NCBI RefSeq assembly: GCF_006345805.1
Contig: NC_043013.1
Location: 44,578,001 to 44,642,000, forward strand
Direction: 5' to 3'
DNA length: 64,000 bases
DNA from: Octopus sinensis
Lineage: Eukaryota
The notes under the pieces were generated by a model that was not told where the DNA came from, made no database searches, and worked only from the letters and a program-made list of their open reading frames with translations. Below, piece after piece: positions 62,990 to 64,000 of this stretch. Both the position numbers and the translations under genes were made by a program. Positions within the stretch are counted from its first letter, which is position 1. Every line of letters starts with the position of its first letter.

Positions 62990-63560
62990 GGCTGGCCTAT
63001 ATCACGATGTGTGACAAAAAAGAGAAAGCTTGGTAATGATTCCATGGTTCCCCGTACCTTGAAAAGACGTTCAAACGCGAAACTAAACATGCAACGAACA
63101 AGAACAAGTAAGTCGTTTTTCAAAAAGAAAAAAAGGAGTAAAAGTTTCGTGGTTGTTGTTGGGTAGCAGAAACCATGGTAGATGAAATGGCAGAGTCACG
63201 TATTTGGTCAGCGTGTCGCTTGATTCCGAGAACAATGTTTGATAATGAAGTTGAACAAGAAGTTATCAAAATTCCACTGTCCGATAATATAAACGGAAGG
63301 AGAATAACTGAAATGCATTGTGACATCAAGGAGCATGTTCTGATTGAACTGAAGAAATTGAATTTTGCTTTTACAAGCTGACGAGTCAACCTGCATTAGT
63401 GACAAATCGCAACTGCTATCATTCATTTATAACGTTCAAAGATCTGAAATTATAAACCAATTTTTGTGTTTCAATAAAATTTCAAGAATACAATAAGCGT
63501 AAAAATATATTCGATGCTTTGACTGCATGTTTAGAAAAATATGGAGTTTCATACAGATCA
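62990..63560 (+). pseudogene. hAT (Charlie/Buster-like) transposase N-terminal to catalytic fragment
   Basis: KLGNDSMVPRTLKR (BED-like), IPLSDN..GRRI.EM..DI, and frameshifted FALQADEST.....QLL. Confidence 0.8.
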
Positions 63561-64000
63561 CATTAGTGTTTTTGTTTAAACCATGTCAAACTTGATTGAG
63601 AAAAACTATAACTGAAAGCATTCTAACCACGACCATCCTGCCCCTTTACGACTATCTGGGACAAAATTATCCAACGTGCCCTTACATATAAGAAGGTAAA
63701 GTTATATTAGATGGCGATTTGGTTGTTACGTCTATCAGGTCGAGTATAGCAGAAACTCCCGCAACCTGAGGTCTGCGGGAGTTCCTAAGTGGCACGCCTA
63801 ACAAAAAATTACCTTCCTTTTTCTTTTTTAACAGTATGGCTCGTCTACTGATGAACCATGTCTCATGTGCCCCGCTTCTCGAAAACGGTGCCGCATGCCT
63901 GCCACAGAAACTCCCTCGTTGACTCGATGTATTATTTCCGGTTGCTGTCACAGATTAAACAAAATTTTTAATTTATTATATTGATGTAATTTTTTATGTT

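Noticed and set aside
63754-63970. 10-bp GC-rich hairpin (63754-63783) and a good AG acceptor at about 63834 followed by about 45 open codons
   Set aside because: No recognisable peptide, no partner exons in the window, and no RNA family match by eye.

Overview
AT-rich, repeat-saturated animal genomic DNA. The SINE families and microsatellite load suggest an octopus/coleoid cephalopod (inference). Two host genes are supported by splice-consistent exons and point towards each other: the last six coding exons of a mitochondrial carrier SLC25A39/40 orthologue (+, 4420-10507) and a complete four-exon GATAD1 (-, 23895-16852, 273 aa). About 500 bp upstream of the GATAD1 ATG is a three-level nested insertion: an 8-bp-TSD MITE, interrupted by a CR1-like LINE, interrupted by a very young full-length Ty3/Gypsy element whose LTRs differ by one base. 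The rest is LINE fragments (CR1/L2, RTE, R4/Dong, L1/Tx1-like), five SINE families, non-autonomous Helitrons, hAT transposase relics and microsatellites. No further host gene was recognised. The most notable signal is a set of at least five sequence-unrelated minimal type-I hammerhead ribozyme motifs in Penelope-like terminal fragments, three of them within fold-back (inverted-repeat) structures. One core-intact motif lies in the sense strand of GATAD1 intron 3 next to its own antisense copy. All structures were derived by eye; no alignments, folding or database searches were run.
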